Below are positions 9,311 through 18,383 of a stretch of 64,000 nt of DNA, in pieces. The notes under the pieces are model-generated. The model was not told the origin of the DNA. It ran no database searches and saw only the letters and a list, made by a program, of their open reading frames with translations. The position numbers and the translations under genes are program-made. Every line of letters begins with the position of its first letter. Within the stretch, counting starts at the first letter, position 1. Origin of the DNA: Cyanobacteria bacterium P01_F01_bin.150 (lineage in GTDB: Bacteria; Cyanobacteriota; Cyanobacteriia; CAKZMO01). Location of the stretch: NCBI GenBank assembly GCA_039189765.1, contig JBCCYL010000012.1, forward strand, positions 42,798 through 106,797, read 5' to 3'.

Positions 9311-9948
9311 GCACTTACCCAAACAGGAATGATGTTACATATTCATGGGTCAGGCGATCTCTGGATGGAGCGAATGATGTCCCAAAAGAGGAGCTGAAGC
9401 TTTACCTGTGTGAACGCAATACAAAGCACATTGTCGGATATCGATACAGAGCTGACAATCGAGACAAATTTGTTTGCACAATGGCCTATGAAAAATTCAA
9501 ACAGTCTAACCATCATCTTGAATTTCGCCCCGTAACAGAGCGCCGTGGTTCGCTTGCTGTGGATATGTGGCGAGGCAAAGAGGCCGGATGGCAGTACGTT
9601 GGGACCGGAATGTACAGCGCCTATTATCGTTTCCCTGGGGTGGCCAAACCTTATTGGAGGAACGACCCAAAAGAGCTGGTGATGGATGAAAAATACTTAG
9701 TGAATGCTCCCAGCCTATCTGCATTCACTTCAAGCGGGGTGAAAGGTGAATATAGCGCGGTATGGCCAGGGATTTATCTGGGTCAGCCATACCGCAATAA
9801 TCGCAACGAACTGAATTGGGCAATTCTCAGGCACCCAGGCTTGTTCTATCGTTCCACTGGGGAATTGGCAGCAAAAGCTGAATGGGCCAATGTAATGAGT
9901 CTGTCTGTTGATTGGTGGATGCCGTTACCGAAGCTAGGGAGGGATTGA
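9307..9948 (+). CDS. Hypothetical protein
   Basis: 213-aa ORF in the operon; no motif recognised. Confidence 0.65.
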   Translation: MSTYPNRNDVTYSWVRRSLDGANDVPKEELKLYLCERNTKHIVGYRYRADNRDKFVCTMAYEKFKQSNHHLEFRPVTERRGSLAVDMWRGKEAGWQYVGTGMYSAYYRFPGVAKPYWRNDPKELVMDEKYLVNAPSLSAFTSSGVKGEYSAVWPGIYLGQPYRNNRNELNWAILRHPGLFYRSTGELAAKAEWANVMSLSVDWWMPLPKLGRD

Positions 9949-9949
9949 A

Positions 9950-10651
9950 GTGAGAGTTACTGCACTTGTTGATACGTATTTGAAAAAAGATCAGTCGAAA
10001 CAGGCTTTTGAGCTGCCTGACAACGAAAAAGTTTTTGTTGAGGCTGGGCGAGTCTATACGGTGGACCCGCTGGAGTTTGAAAACGACGATCACACTAATC
10101 CATTAGCATATGGCCACGCCAAAATTGACATAAGTTATGGAGCGGGGGAGTGGTGGATATTCCTAGATCATTGGCGATATGAGCATGAGCAATCAGTAGT
10201 AGAAGTCCCAACTGTGTTGCCAGAATGGGACACCGTTGACTGGAATAATTTTGCAGCTCCAGTGTCAAAATACTTCACGGTAGGCGAAGTGATGAACATG
10301 TCCAAAGCTCGCATGCCTAAGGCGATTGAAGTAAAGCGCAATATCATCAAAATCGCCCGTGCTGTTGATCAAGTGAGAGAAGAATGGGGAGGACCTCTAG
10401 GCGTTACATCATTTTATCGTCCGTGGCATATTAACCGGAGAATTGGGTCGAGGTCGAGCAACCATCCAAGGGGTACTGCCATGGATATTCGATGCTTGCG
10501 AGGGAACACAAAGGGGTTGGAGCGAATGGTAGAGAATGACTTTTACAACGCTGGCCGCTGGGATGGCGGGGTCGGTCGAGGCGCTAGCTATAGAGGGTTT
10601 GTCCACCTTGACTTAAACGACGAGTACGGAAAACGCATCTGGAATTACTAG
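9950..10651 (+). CDS. Peptidase M15-family Zn cell-wall peptidase with N-terminal SH3-like domain
   Basis: YFTVGE, VTSFYRP...N...G...SNHPRGTAMDI, GFVHLD. Confidence 0.9.
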   Translation: MRVTALVDTYLKKDQSKQAFELPDNEKVFVEAGRVYTVDPLEFENDDHTNPLAYGHAKIDISYGAGEWWIFLDHWRYEHEQSVVEVPTVLPEWDTVDWNNFAAPVSKYFTVGEVMNMSKARMPKAIEVKRNIIKIARAVDQVREEWGGPLGVTSFYRPWHINRRIGSRSSNHPRGTAMDIRCLRGNTKGLERMVENDFYNAGRWDGGVGRGASYRGFVHLDLNDEYGKRIWNY

Positions 10652-10662
10652 GAGCCATTGCC

Positions 10663-11067
10663 ATGACAACACCCGCACATTACAAGAGCGCATCCGAAAA
10701 AGGGCGTCCCTATTTGCAGCTTCTTCTAGGAGAGGCGATCACCAACAAGCGTGGATTCTTTGATGGCGACCTATTCACAGCCATTGATAGGCATGCTCCG
10801 TACCTCGATAACGACGCCAATGATTTTAACGCAGCTCGCTACTTTTGGAGGCTTGGTCAGAAAATAGAGCAGCAGCCCAATGAACCGATCCATATAGCAG
10901 CAGAACGGGCAGAACGGCAAGACCTGAGCAAAGCCCAACAGTATTTGCAACGGTCACTCAAGTTTCGCAACAGCCCGTGGTACCCAATCGCGCGGTTGTT
11001 TGTGCGGAAGGTGGCGAAACGACGCATAGAGCGGGTGTTGGCTGCTATTGAGGAGAGATTGGGCTAG
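10663..11067 (+). CDS. DUF3310/SaV-like protein (putative nucleotide-kinase family)
   Basis: PAHYK...NAARYFWRLGQK...QDLSKAQQYL matches the P-x-HY / N-x-x-KY-x-x-R-x-G-x-K / EDL-x-KA pattern. Confidence 0.6.
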   Translation: MTTPAHYKSASEKGRPYLQLLLGEAITNKRGFFDGDLFTAIDRHAPYLDNDANDFNAARYFWRLGQKIEQQPNEPIHIAAERAERQDLSKAQQYLQRSLKFRNSPWYPIARLFVRKVAKRRIERVLAAIEERLG

Positions 11068-11338
11068 CTAGTTCCCAGTGATACTCCTCTCCTCTATCTG
11101 TCAATATCGTTGTGTTGTCGTAAATCCAGCCCGAGATAAATCCGTTCCAGTGGCCTCTTGGGCCTGATACGTGACTGACAAAGCAGTAGTTATTGATCGG
11201 ATCTCCATAACGGCCTTCTAAGTCGCCTGAGTAGTGATGGATAATGCGTACTATGCTGCCATACTGGATATAGTCTCCTGGTTTGAATCGGCGTTTAGCT
11301 TTCTTTTTTTTTGACATTGATTTTTCCGTTCGCATCAA
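11045..11338 (-). CDS. Hypothetical protein (FKPGD KOW/SH3-like start)
   Basis: Last gene of the minus-strand cassette. Confidence 0.5.
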   Translation of the reverse strand: MMRTEKSMSKKKKAKRRFKPGDYIQYGSIVRIIHHYSGDLEGRYGDPINNYCFVSHVSGPRGHWNGFISGWIYDNTTILTDRGEEYHWELASPISPQ

Positions 11339-11588
11339 CAGTCATGATCCCGCCATACTTCATCACGAACCCGATGTTTTGCAACAGCAGTCCGATTGCC
11401 CGAGATGCGTTAGGCTTGCCTCGCATCTCTAGCTCTAACCTTTTAGCTAAAGCGATCGCCGCATCCCACTCTCCAGGGGATAGTGAGAGATTCCGGGGCT
11501 TTCGCCTTTGTTCGACTGGAAGCGGTTGGCGGGGTTGAGGTTGAAGATTGGCAAGAGACTTAGGATGTTGTTCTGCCTTCTTACTCAT
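11295..11588 (-). CDS. Putative ribbon-helix-helix DNA-binding protein
   Basis: HPKSLANL N-terminus; RNLSLS-helix-NASRAIGLL ribbon-helix-helix pattern. Confidence 0.55.
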   Translation of the reverse strand: MSKKAEQHPKSLANLQPQPRQPLPVEQRRKPRNLSLSPGEWDAAIALAKRLELEMRGKPNASRAIGLLLQNIGFVMKYGGIMTVDANGKINVKKKES

Positions 11589-11856
11589 AAAGGTTGCGTC
11601 CTTCCTCTTCCGTCAACATCCGATATGTTTCTGACGTAGGAAATGTACGCCCCATGACTAAATCAAACTCTTTATATCCATAAGTTATCTCAAACAACTG
11701 AGTAGCATAAAAAAATATGCCATTTAATAATTGCGTTTTTTGCTCCCAGGTTTCATCCCCACTGAGGAAATGGAGAAATACCTGATGAATGTCAGTCAAC
11801 TTATCTCCGCTATTACACTTACTTAATTGCTCCAAGACTTCGCATCCTTTAATCAT
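11581..11856 (-). CDS. Hypothetical protein
   Basis: TAATG-coupled within the cassette. Confidence 0.55.
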   Translation of the reverse strand: MIKGCEVLEQLSKCNSGDKLTDIHQVFLHFLSGDETWEQKTQLLNGIFFYATQLFEITYGYKEFDLVMGRTFPTSETYRMLTEEEGRNLYE

Positions 11857-12281
11857 TATTCAAACTCCCTGCGATTATCGATCCACCAAGACGCATCTTT
11901 GTTCGAAAGTATTTCAATTGCGTTGTTTTCTGACACAGAGCCATTGACAATTTGCCTCGACAAGGAACGGCAAGCCGAAGCGAAAATATATGATGCCCAT
12001 CGCTTTTGCTTTTGACTGCCCTCTGAGATGCATTCATACATTGAAAGCTGAGCTTCTAGATCTTCTGCACGTTCAGCGTCACTATCATCACAACCCATCA
12101 AATATTCAGCCAATAATTCATCTTCTATGCTTTCTACGCTTACCGCCTTTTTGCTTACAAAACGAGGACGACGCCCAACTATAACAACGCACCACACCCA
12201 GTGAAGCTCGGTCACTTTAGCCACTTGATTGGGGCTGACTTCGAGATATTGAGCGATGGATGAGATTAGTGCGGTGTTCAT
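11856..12281 (-). CDS. Hypothetical protein; N-terminal domain shared with 13891-14424
   Basis: IAQYLEV...WVWCVVIVGRRPRFVSKKAV; GAGGAG RBS. Confidence 0.7.
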   Translation of the reverse strand: MNTALISSIAQYLEVSPNQVAKVTELHWVWCVVIVGRRPRFVSKKAVSVESIEDELLAEYLMGCDDSDAERAEDLEAQLSMYECISEGSQKQKRWASYIFASACRSLSRQIVNGSVSENNAIEILSNKDASWWIDNRREFE

Positions 12282-12298
12282 GGCGTTCTCCTCTGTCT

Positions 12299-12337
12299 AC
12301 ATCTCTAATTGTATGCGCATACAATTAGAGATGTCAA
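12299..12337 (-). promoter_or_regulatory. Sigma70-type promoter overlapping a perfect 36-bp palindrome
   Basis: ACATCTCTAATTGTATGC|GCATACAATTAGAGATGT at 12299-12334. The minus strand reads TTGACA-N18-TACAAT. Confidence 0.8.
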
Positions 12338-12350
12338 AGAGTTTCTGAAA

Positions 12351-12917
12351 TTAATTTTTCGCCACTTGCCGAGAGCCTCTAATCTCAAGATCCCAATCAA
12401 TATCGCGTTCCCGGCTATTCCAATAGGGCAGCAGTAGAGCAAGATCATCCAGTGCTGCGATCGCCCATCTGTGGAAATTGGCATTGTGCCGTGAACGGAA
12501 ATTGAAGTATCCGCTAAACAGCTCTTCTGATTCGAAAGCGCCATTGCGATCACACCAGTGAGAGGTCTTTAATATGGTTACTCGGTGTGTGTTGGCCATT
12601 GAGCGTTGTATCGTGAAGCTGCTACCGTTTGGTTCATTGCGTTCGTTGGGCAGTTTTTCTAGCGTGTCTAGATAGAGGTGGATGTCGTACTGCTTTGCCC
12701 GTGGGGTGTCGCCTCTATGGGGCATGTAGATCCATGTTCGTATCGCGCGGCGGCTTTTTCTCTCTACTAAGGCCACCTGCCCATTAATCGGCTTGCCTTT
12801 GATTCGAGTAATTCGTTTTAGAATTTTTGGCTGGAAGGAGAGGCTTCGTTGTCCCCTTCTATAAAAGTTTTGACGAATCCATTCGTGTATCGCTGTCAGG
12901 ATTCTGTCTATTAGCAT
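12351..12917 (-). CDS. Hypothetical basic protein
   Basis: 188-aa ORF; no motif recognised. Confidence 0.5.
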   Translation of the reverse strand: MLIDRILTAIHEWIRQNFYRRGQRSLSFQPKILKRITRIKGKPINGQVALVERKSRRAIRTWIYMPHRGDTPRAKQYDIHLYLDTLEKLPNERNEPNGSSFTIQRSMANTHRVTILKTSHWCDRNGAFESEELFSGYFNFRSRHNANFHRWAIAALDDLALLLPYWNSRERDIDWDLEIRGSRQVAKN

Positions 12918-13176
12918 CTGCTGCTATCCGCTGGCTTATTTTCTTCCATTTGCGCTTATTGTCAGGGTGCAACTCATGCCGTACCCAGTCCCACAGTTCC
13001 GCTATTTTGAGTGCCACACGCAAGAGGGTGATCATGGCTGCTCCAGAAAAGAAATGATCTGCCTGCGCCCAGTTCCTCTGATGTGACGAGGGTGAGCGCA
13101 GTAGCAGATCAGAGAGAGGCATGCGACGGCGGAGACAACACGAAAGAGCATGGGAACGGGGAAAGCGATATGGTGA

Positions 13177-13428
13177 CTATTCCCTGACTTCTGTCGCTTC
13201 TATTTCGATTAGAGTATCATCTATCCCCATAGGCAAGCATTTTTTGGCTATTTGTTCAGCGATAGAGTCATACTGATCTGCTGAACAAACTTTGTATTTC
13301 CCATCTCGCGGGTCTGTATATCCGTAATGATTCAGGTCAAGGGCTTGTTCCCCGACTGTTCTAATAGGCGTAAATTTTATGCCCCCATACGTTATCTTGT
13401 CAGAAACAATGTTCAATTCCCATTCCAT
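13177..13428 (-). CDS. Hypothetical protein
   Basis: AAGGA RBS; follows 13439-13891. Confidence 0.55.
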   Translation of the reverse strand: MEWELNIVSDKITYGGIKFTPIRTVGEQALDLNHYGYTDPRDGKYKVCSADQYDSIAEQIAKKCLPMGIDDTLIEIEATEVRE

Positions 13429-13438
13429 AATATTTTCC

Positions 13439-13891
13439 TTAATTTAGTGTTTTCGCCCATTCTTCAACAGCGCTTGCTCCCCCCGCTTTTTTGATAGCGG
13501 CGATCGCCTTTTTGCTAAGTGTTAACTCATAACGACTCTTTTCTGAGCTTGGCTTGCGCCCTCCATTACGGCCTACTTCGTACTGGTAGGTAATTGCTAG
13601 GTCGAAATCCCAGAGAAAATCGCAGATGTCCGCATGCACCTGCTCAAGCTCACTAACTGCTCCATGAACCACTCCATTGGGCGACACTTGAGCTGTAGAG
13701 GTAATCCGAAACCAGTTACAGGCGTCGGCAGATGTACCCCGATTAGACCGTCGTCCTACGAACCATTGCGCGGCTTCTTTTGGGGGAGTGACGATCGTTT
13801 TGATGTTGCCAGTGTGACGGGGGCGATCGCTTCCGATGGGTGCCCAGCCCACTAGGGACTGGGCAGAGATTTTGGTGACTTTAGTTGGCAT
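13439..13891 (-). CDS. Hypothetical protein with C-terminal GGRKP/RHH-like DNA-binding module
   Basis: GRNGGRKP...RYELTLSKKA...ASAVEEWA; TAATG coupling at 13891. Confidence 0.6.
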   Translation of the reverse strand: MPTKVTKISAQSLVGWAPIGSDRPRHTGNIKTIVTPPKEAAQWFVGRRSNRGTSADACNWFRITSTAQVSPNGVVHGAVSELEQVHADICDFLWDFDLAITYQYEVGRNGGRKPSSEKSRYELTLSKKAIAAIKKAGGASAVEEWAKTLN

Positions 13892-14424
13892 TATGCATAC
13901 CACTCCCGAGTTATGTGGACTCCTGGCTCATGCTGACCTTCAGGCGCGATAATCCCGTCTTCATCTTCTTGCATCAACACCTTACCTTTTAGCGAAGTAA
14001 TTTTTAACGAGGCTCCCATCTCAGTCAGAATAGGAACAATTAACTCGTTAACCTTGTATTTTTTAGGCACTGAAGTAAACCCAAATTTCCCTTTAATGCC
14101 TTTCATGATTAGAGGGGTATCAATCCTAGTAAAATATATCCTTAGCTCACCTTCCTTTTTGTCCCACAATCGAGCCTTAACAAATCCACCCGCCATTGAG
14201 TTCCACTCAGTTCCTTGGCTGGAGTTCCATTTAGATATAAAACGAGACAAAAAATCTTTACCGCTAACTTCTTCTTTCACGACCTTTTTACTCACGAACC
14301 GAGTGCCAAGCCCCTTCACGATTACCAGCAAAACCCGACCACCAGTCCATGTCCAGAAATCACGAATTTCTTTGATTGCGCTCTCTACAACATTTAGGTG
14401 ACGGGCGATTGCTGTGGTATTCAC
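13891..14424 (-). CDS. Hypothetical protein; N-terminal domain shared with 11856-12281
   Basis: Likely GTG start at 14424: MNTTAIARHLNV...RVLLVIVKGLGTRFVSKKVV. Confidence 0.7.
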   Translation of the reverse strand: MNTTAIARHLNVVESAIKEIRDFWTWTGGRVLLVIVKGLGTRFVSKKVVKEEVSGKDFLSRFISKWNSSQGTEWNSMAGGFVKARLWDKKEGELRIYFTRIDTPLIMKGIKGKFGFTSVPKKYKVNELIVPILTEMGASLKITSLKGKVLMQEDEDGIIAPEGQHEPGVHITREWYA

Positions 14425-14438
14425 TGACCTGGCCTTGT

Positions 14439-14485
14439 TGACTTGCACTTAGATTATGGCACGACAAGAATCTAAGTGCAAGTCA
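14439..14485 (-). promoter_or_regulatory. Sigma70-type promoter inside a 17-bp inverted repeat
   Basis: Arms TGACTTGCACTTAGATT and AATCTAAGTGCAAGTCA with a 13-nt spacer. The minus strand reads TTGCAC-N17-CATAAT. Confidence 0.75.
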
Positions 14486-14509
14486 GGGCGATGAAGCTGA
14501 TGTGAAGAA

Positions 14510-14944
14510 TCAGGTCAGCTTTGTGAAGCGTGGTTTGCCGTTGCGATCGCTCATAAAGTTTTCGAGTGGCCTGCCATAAATGCCTTTCATTTGCCGGGGA
14601 TGAATGCCGTGTTGAGGATAAACAGACTGATAGACTACGAGTGGTGATGGATAAGGATCAGAACTGAGGTCTTTTATTGCCGTACAAACGTCTCCATTCT
14701 GATAGATGGACAGATCTTCACCTGTCTCCGTGTGAATGGCCACGCCAATAAAATGCAGGTCGTCTAGTGTAGAGAGACTTGGGTCTGTGATGCCTAGAAT
14801 CGAATAAATGTGCAGTGCTTTCGGTGGATCGTGTTTCTGATGCTGCTAGATCTCGTATCGCTTTGGTGGCTGAATGAGTGGGGTTGAGTTTTTTGAATCG
14901 GTTTGGTGAATGATCCTGTTGTGACCAATGAACGGTTTACTCAT
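14510..14944 (-). pseudogene. DUF1653-like gene with an in-frame TAG at 14846-14848
   Basis: From ATG 14944: ...KRYEI*QHQK...IYSILGI...AIHTETGE...LVVYQS...GRPLENFMS...RF. Confidence 0.6.
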
Positions 14945-14983
14945 GGGAATGGGTTTGAAATAACGACACTTCTATTATGCCTA

Positions 14984-16687
14984 ATGCCCAGCCTGCCAAG
15001 CGATCCACAAAAATTAGCTCAGCAGATTAGGGATGCTATTCTCTCGCAGCCATTCGAGGCACGAGTAACCCAGGGGGCAGCAGTCGAAGGCTTCGCAACA
15101 CTAATGCCGACCGATCCGATAGTGGCAGGGCTATTTCCCAGTGGCGTAAGGGCACGGGTAAAGTTGGGCGATCTGCTGAGTGGCACGGCGACGGTGCAGC
15201 GTGTGGGAACCGAATATATTGCGTTTGGTCAACCTGCGCAGTTGGTGAGTCAGCGTGTTGAGGCTGGGTTTAAGTCGGCGGTTGAGGTGCCTGTTACTGT
15301 GCCTGAAGAGAAAGAGTTTTCGCCGATTAAGTTTTTATATATTGACAGCAATGAGCTGTTTGTGTTCGACGGCGAAGAGTACCGCAGCCTGGGCACCCCG
15401 TTTGGATTTGAGGGAGCGATCGCTAATACTGGTTCTGCCACTACTGCGTGGAACGGGTGGGTGGAAACTTCCGGCAGCGCAAGGCCATATATTGAGGGAG
15501 TAGCACAGACAGATCAAAGTATTGATGCACAAGCGGATTTGTTAGCAATTGGCCAAGGGTGGGGGCTGTCTTTTCCGTTCGGTTCATCCTCTGCTGATGG
15601 AGTCACTGGGGATGTCACTCAGGATGTTTCGCAGATATCGTTGTCAAATGCGATCGCCACGCAGATTGATGGAACTGTGGTCACTGAGGAGTTAGGGTCT
15701 GGTTATCCTAACTGGTCACAAAGTACTAGCCACTTTACTGATGAGTCGGCGCAAGAAGCGTTCTCAATGGCGGCTAATAATAATTCCGCTCGTGATGATT
15801 TTCAAAACAACGGACCGTTTGAAACGGACCGCCCTTATTGTCCGCGTGGGGCTGGCGGTGTGAAAATTCATATAATGATTCCTCTTACGAAAAATAATAA
15901 CCTTACTCCTAGTCAGCCAAAAGAAGATGACTGGACAAAAGGCCTGAACAGTTTTAATCTGCCAGCACTAACGCCATTCTTGTCTCACACTGTTAGTTTT
16001 TTGGGAAGCAATGGCACCATATATAACTCTTGGGAAAACTGGCAGGTTGACGGATTGGTTAGGCTTAGCGCAACAAGTGGCAATCCGGCCAACCCAGACA
16101 ACTCAGTTAACAGCAGCAACCTTTTACCCTGTGGGTTTGACAGGTCTGAATGGGGTCAGGCGGGTAGCTCGTTTTCTGAGGTCCGACTTTATACTCGAAC
16201 TTACGTGTTTGGGGTCGAGGATTTTGGAGGCCCTTTTGACGGGCAATTTGGCCAAACCTACCAATCATTTGAACCCTGTACCTCAGAGGGCTGCGTTAAC
16301 AGTTTTCTCAATAACTTTTTGGCTGTAGAAGTTCGCAATGGACCGTTGGACGATGTTTACTCTGTCGTTGAGTTTGACGGAGAATTTATAGAGGGCACTG
16401 GCATCAATTTTTGTGGCTCTAACTTTCAGTGTCCAGTTGACTGGAATGGACCGCCTCCGCCTCCACCACTCGACAATCTACCCAATTTTTATTGGGAGCA
16501 AATACTCCTCAGGTCATTTGAGGGCGCATTGATTCACGCTGAAGTGGCTACTCGTATTGAATTTTTGCCTGAGGAAGAGGACGAGGATTATATCTACATC
16601 TTTGACGTGAAATTTTATCTTGGTAGCACTCAGTTTAAGAACACAGCTCCTGTCGTCTATATTCCGCCATCAGGGGGGATATCGTGA
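14984..16687 (+). CDS. Putative virion tail/structural protein
   Basis: Long G/S/T/N-rich acidic ORF; GGGAAT box upstream of ATG 14984. Confidence 0.55.
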   Translation: MPSLPSDPQKLAQQIRDAILSQPFEARVTQGAAVEGFATLMPTDPIVAGLFPSGVRARVKLGDLLSGTATVQRVGTEYIAFGQPAQLVSQRVEAGFKSAVEVPVTVPEEKEFSPIKFLYIDSNELFVFDGEEYRSLGTPFGFEGAIANTGSATTAWNGWVETSGSARPYIEGVAQTDQSIDAQADLLAIGQGWGLSFPFGSSSADGVTGDVTQDVSQISLSNAIATQIDGTVVTEELGSGYPNWSQSTSHFTDESAQEAFSMAANNNSARDDFQNNGPFETDRPYCPRGAGGVKIHIMIPLTKNNNLTPSQPKEDDWTKGLNSFNLPALTPFLSHTVSFLGSNGTIYNSWENWQVDGLVRLSATSGNPANPDNSVNSSNLLPCGFDRSEWGQAGSSFSEVRLYTRTYVFGVEDFGGPFDGQFGQTYQSFEPCTSEGCVNSFLNNFLAVEVRNGPLDDVYSVVEFDGEFIEGTGINFCGSNFQCPVDWNGPPPPPPLDNLPNFYWEQILLRSFEGALIHAEVATRIEFLPEEEDEDYIYIFDVKFYLGSTQFKNTAPVVYIPPSGGIS

Positions 16688-17385
16688 CTCTAACAGTTGG
16701 GCAGCAATTTACTTTTAGTAAGCAGCTATTCGCTCCTACTGGCTTTACAAAGGAGGGATTCGAGGCGGATCATTCCCAAGGCGAGTATCCTGAGATTTCA
16801 ACAGGAGATATTTTAGCAAGCGCTTCAACCCTGAAGAGGCGATCGCCCAATGCAAATGCTTTTTCCTTAAATGCTCGATACACAGGCACTACTCCTAGCC
16901 AGTTGTGGGGGCATGTGGTGATGGGTACTCCAGCGATTGCTTTTGACAACATCTCTAAGCAACGTGGAGATGGAGCGGTGACGAGTGCTACCCCTAACGC
17001 ATTGATAACTGACCCGTTGACAGGCGCTACGACAGCACAGATCGCCATCACAATTACAATCAATTCTGTTATTGACGCTGCCTGGAATTCAGTCCATCAC
17101 GTTTATGGCGGTAATCAGATTGTCTACTTAAATACTGGGTCGATCAGTCAGTTCAGTCATGTATTCCGAGGGGGGCTGGGCAAGAACATTACCTATCGGG
17201 GTAACGATATTTTTATTGCTGCCAACCCAGAAGTGGGCGATACAGAGACTTATGTGGAACGATGGGAGATCTCTATGGATGGTGGACTAGCTTGCATCAC
17301 GCAACAGGAGGGGCGGTTAATTGCTATCCCTGAATTTACAGCTTTATCTCCTAACGTCCTCAGTACTAGTTATTTTCAGGTTTAG
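16684..17385 (+). CDS. Putative virion protein
   Basis: GTGA-coupled to the upstream gene; beta-rich composition. Confidence 0.5.
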   Translation: MTLTVGQQFTFSKQLFAPTGFTKEGFEADHSQGEYPEISTGDILASASTLKRRSPNANAFSLNARYTGTTPSQLWGHVVMGTPAIAFDNISKQRGDGAVTSATPNALITDPLTGATTAQIAITITINSVIDAAWNSVHHVYGGNQIVYLNTGSISQFSHVFRGGLGKNITYRGNDIFIAANPEVGDTETYVERWEISMDGGLACITQQEGRLIAIPEFTALSPNVLSTSYFQV

Positions 17386-18383
17386 AGCGCGTATCTAGCA
17401 ATCAATGTGTTTTCTGCTGATTGGCGATCGCTTGTGCTTAATTCAGTTGGCCAGACTAAGAAGTCTGTCACGTCAGCACTTGGGCTGCCTGTGCCGTCCA
17501 TAAAGGTAAAGACATTCTCCCAGGAGAATGCACTGCCTAAGAAGCTGGCAGTGTGCCATGATTGGCCGTTTTGGAAAAACGCAACCCCTGCACTGTTGAT
17601 AACAATGCTTATTACAGAGAGTGTAGCATTTTGATCATTAATGGCTGTCTCAGGAGGTGCTGGCGTATTTATCTGCCCCCCAGTGAACCCTGTCAAGTAC
17701 ACGCGATTGTTGGTCCCATCCATCACGATTTCTTTTGCAGCAGAGTCGCCATTCATCATAAACAATGCTCCCTCAAGGCATGCCCCAACAAATATAATAG
17801 TCCAGTCCGTGGAGGAAGTCGTTGTGATTGGTCTTCCCCCGCTGGTTAGATTCCCATCAAAATAGAAACCGTCCAATCCGTTGAATGCTGCATCAGACAA
17901 CGTTGGAATTGAACCACTGTAAGTTAGATTATTGCTGCTAGAGCTTTGGTCTAAGATCTCTGTAATTACGCCTGCAACCCCAGTGGTCGTCACTCCAGCC
18001 TCTGCCGATATCCAAAATTCAGGAGTGCCAGGAATCGCGTACGGGCCTGAGCTTCCTGCGGATTCTGCTACCGATGGTGTCCAGACTAAATTTCCTTCCG
18101 TAGACAATGCATAGTAAAGCTTTGGTGGGTCTTCCGCCGTGTCTACAATTTGCTGCATCTCGAAAAAGGGAGTGATATTTCCCCGTGGATCTCCCGTTGT
18201 ATTCGTTGGTTGTGACGCCACTACGACCCAATCAGTAATAGCACCGGTGCCTGTAGCGATCAATACCGCTTTGCCGTTTGTGTTATTGAGCACATACGCT
18301 AAATTGACAGCCGTAGGGGCTGCTGTAGGCATTGCTGATTGCACGTTCAGAGCTGTGCTAGTTAACGTATTATGCTCAACCAT
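17382..18383 (-). CDS. Tail-associated protein with C-terminal LamG/ConA-like domain
   Basis: FWISAEAGV...DQSSSSNNL...FNGLDGFYFDG...DFLVWPTELSTSDRQSAENTLIARY. Confidence 0.7.
   Translation of the reverse strand: MVEHNTLTSTALNVQSAMPTAAPTAVNLAYVLNNTNGKAVLIATGTGAITDWVVVASQPTNTTGDPRGNITPFFEMQQIVDTAEDPPKLYYALSTEGNLVWTPSVAESAGSSGPYAIPGTPEFWISAEAGVTTTGVAGVITEILDQSSSSNNLTYSGSIPTLSDAAFNGLDGFYFDGNLTSGGRPITTTSSTDWTIIFVGACLEGALFMMNGDSAAKEIVMDGTNNRVYLTGFTGGQINTPAPPETAINDQNATLSVISIVINSAGVAFFQNGQSWHTASFLGSAFSWENVFTFMDGTGSPSADVTDFLVWPTELSTSDRQSAENTLIARYAL

Noticed and set aside
14846..14848. Genome-wide TAG recoding
   Set aside because: Many genes end plausibly at TAG (e.g. 8922, 57936, 63964) and long genes are uninterrupted under the standard code.
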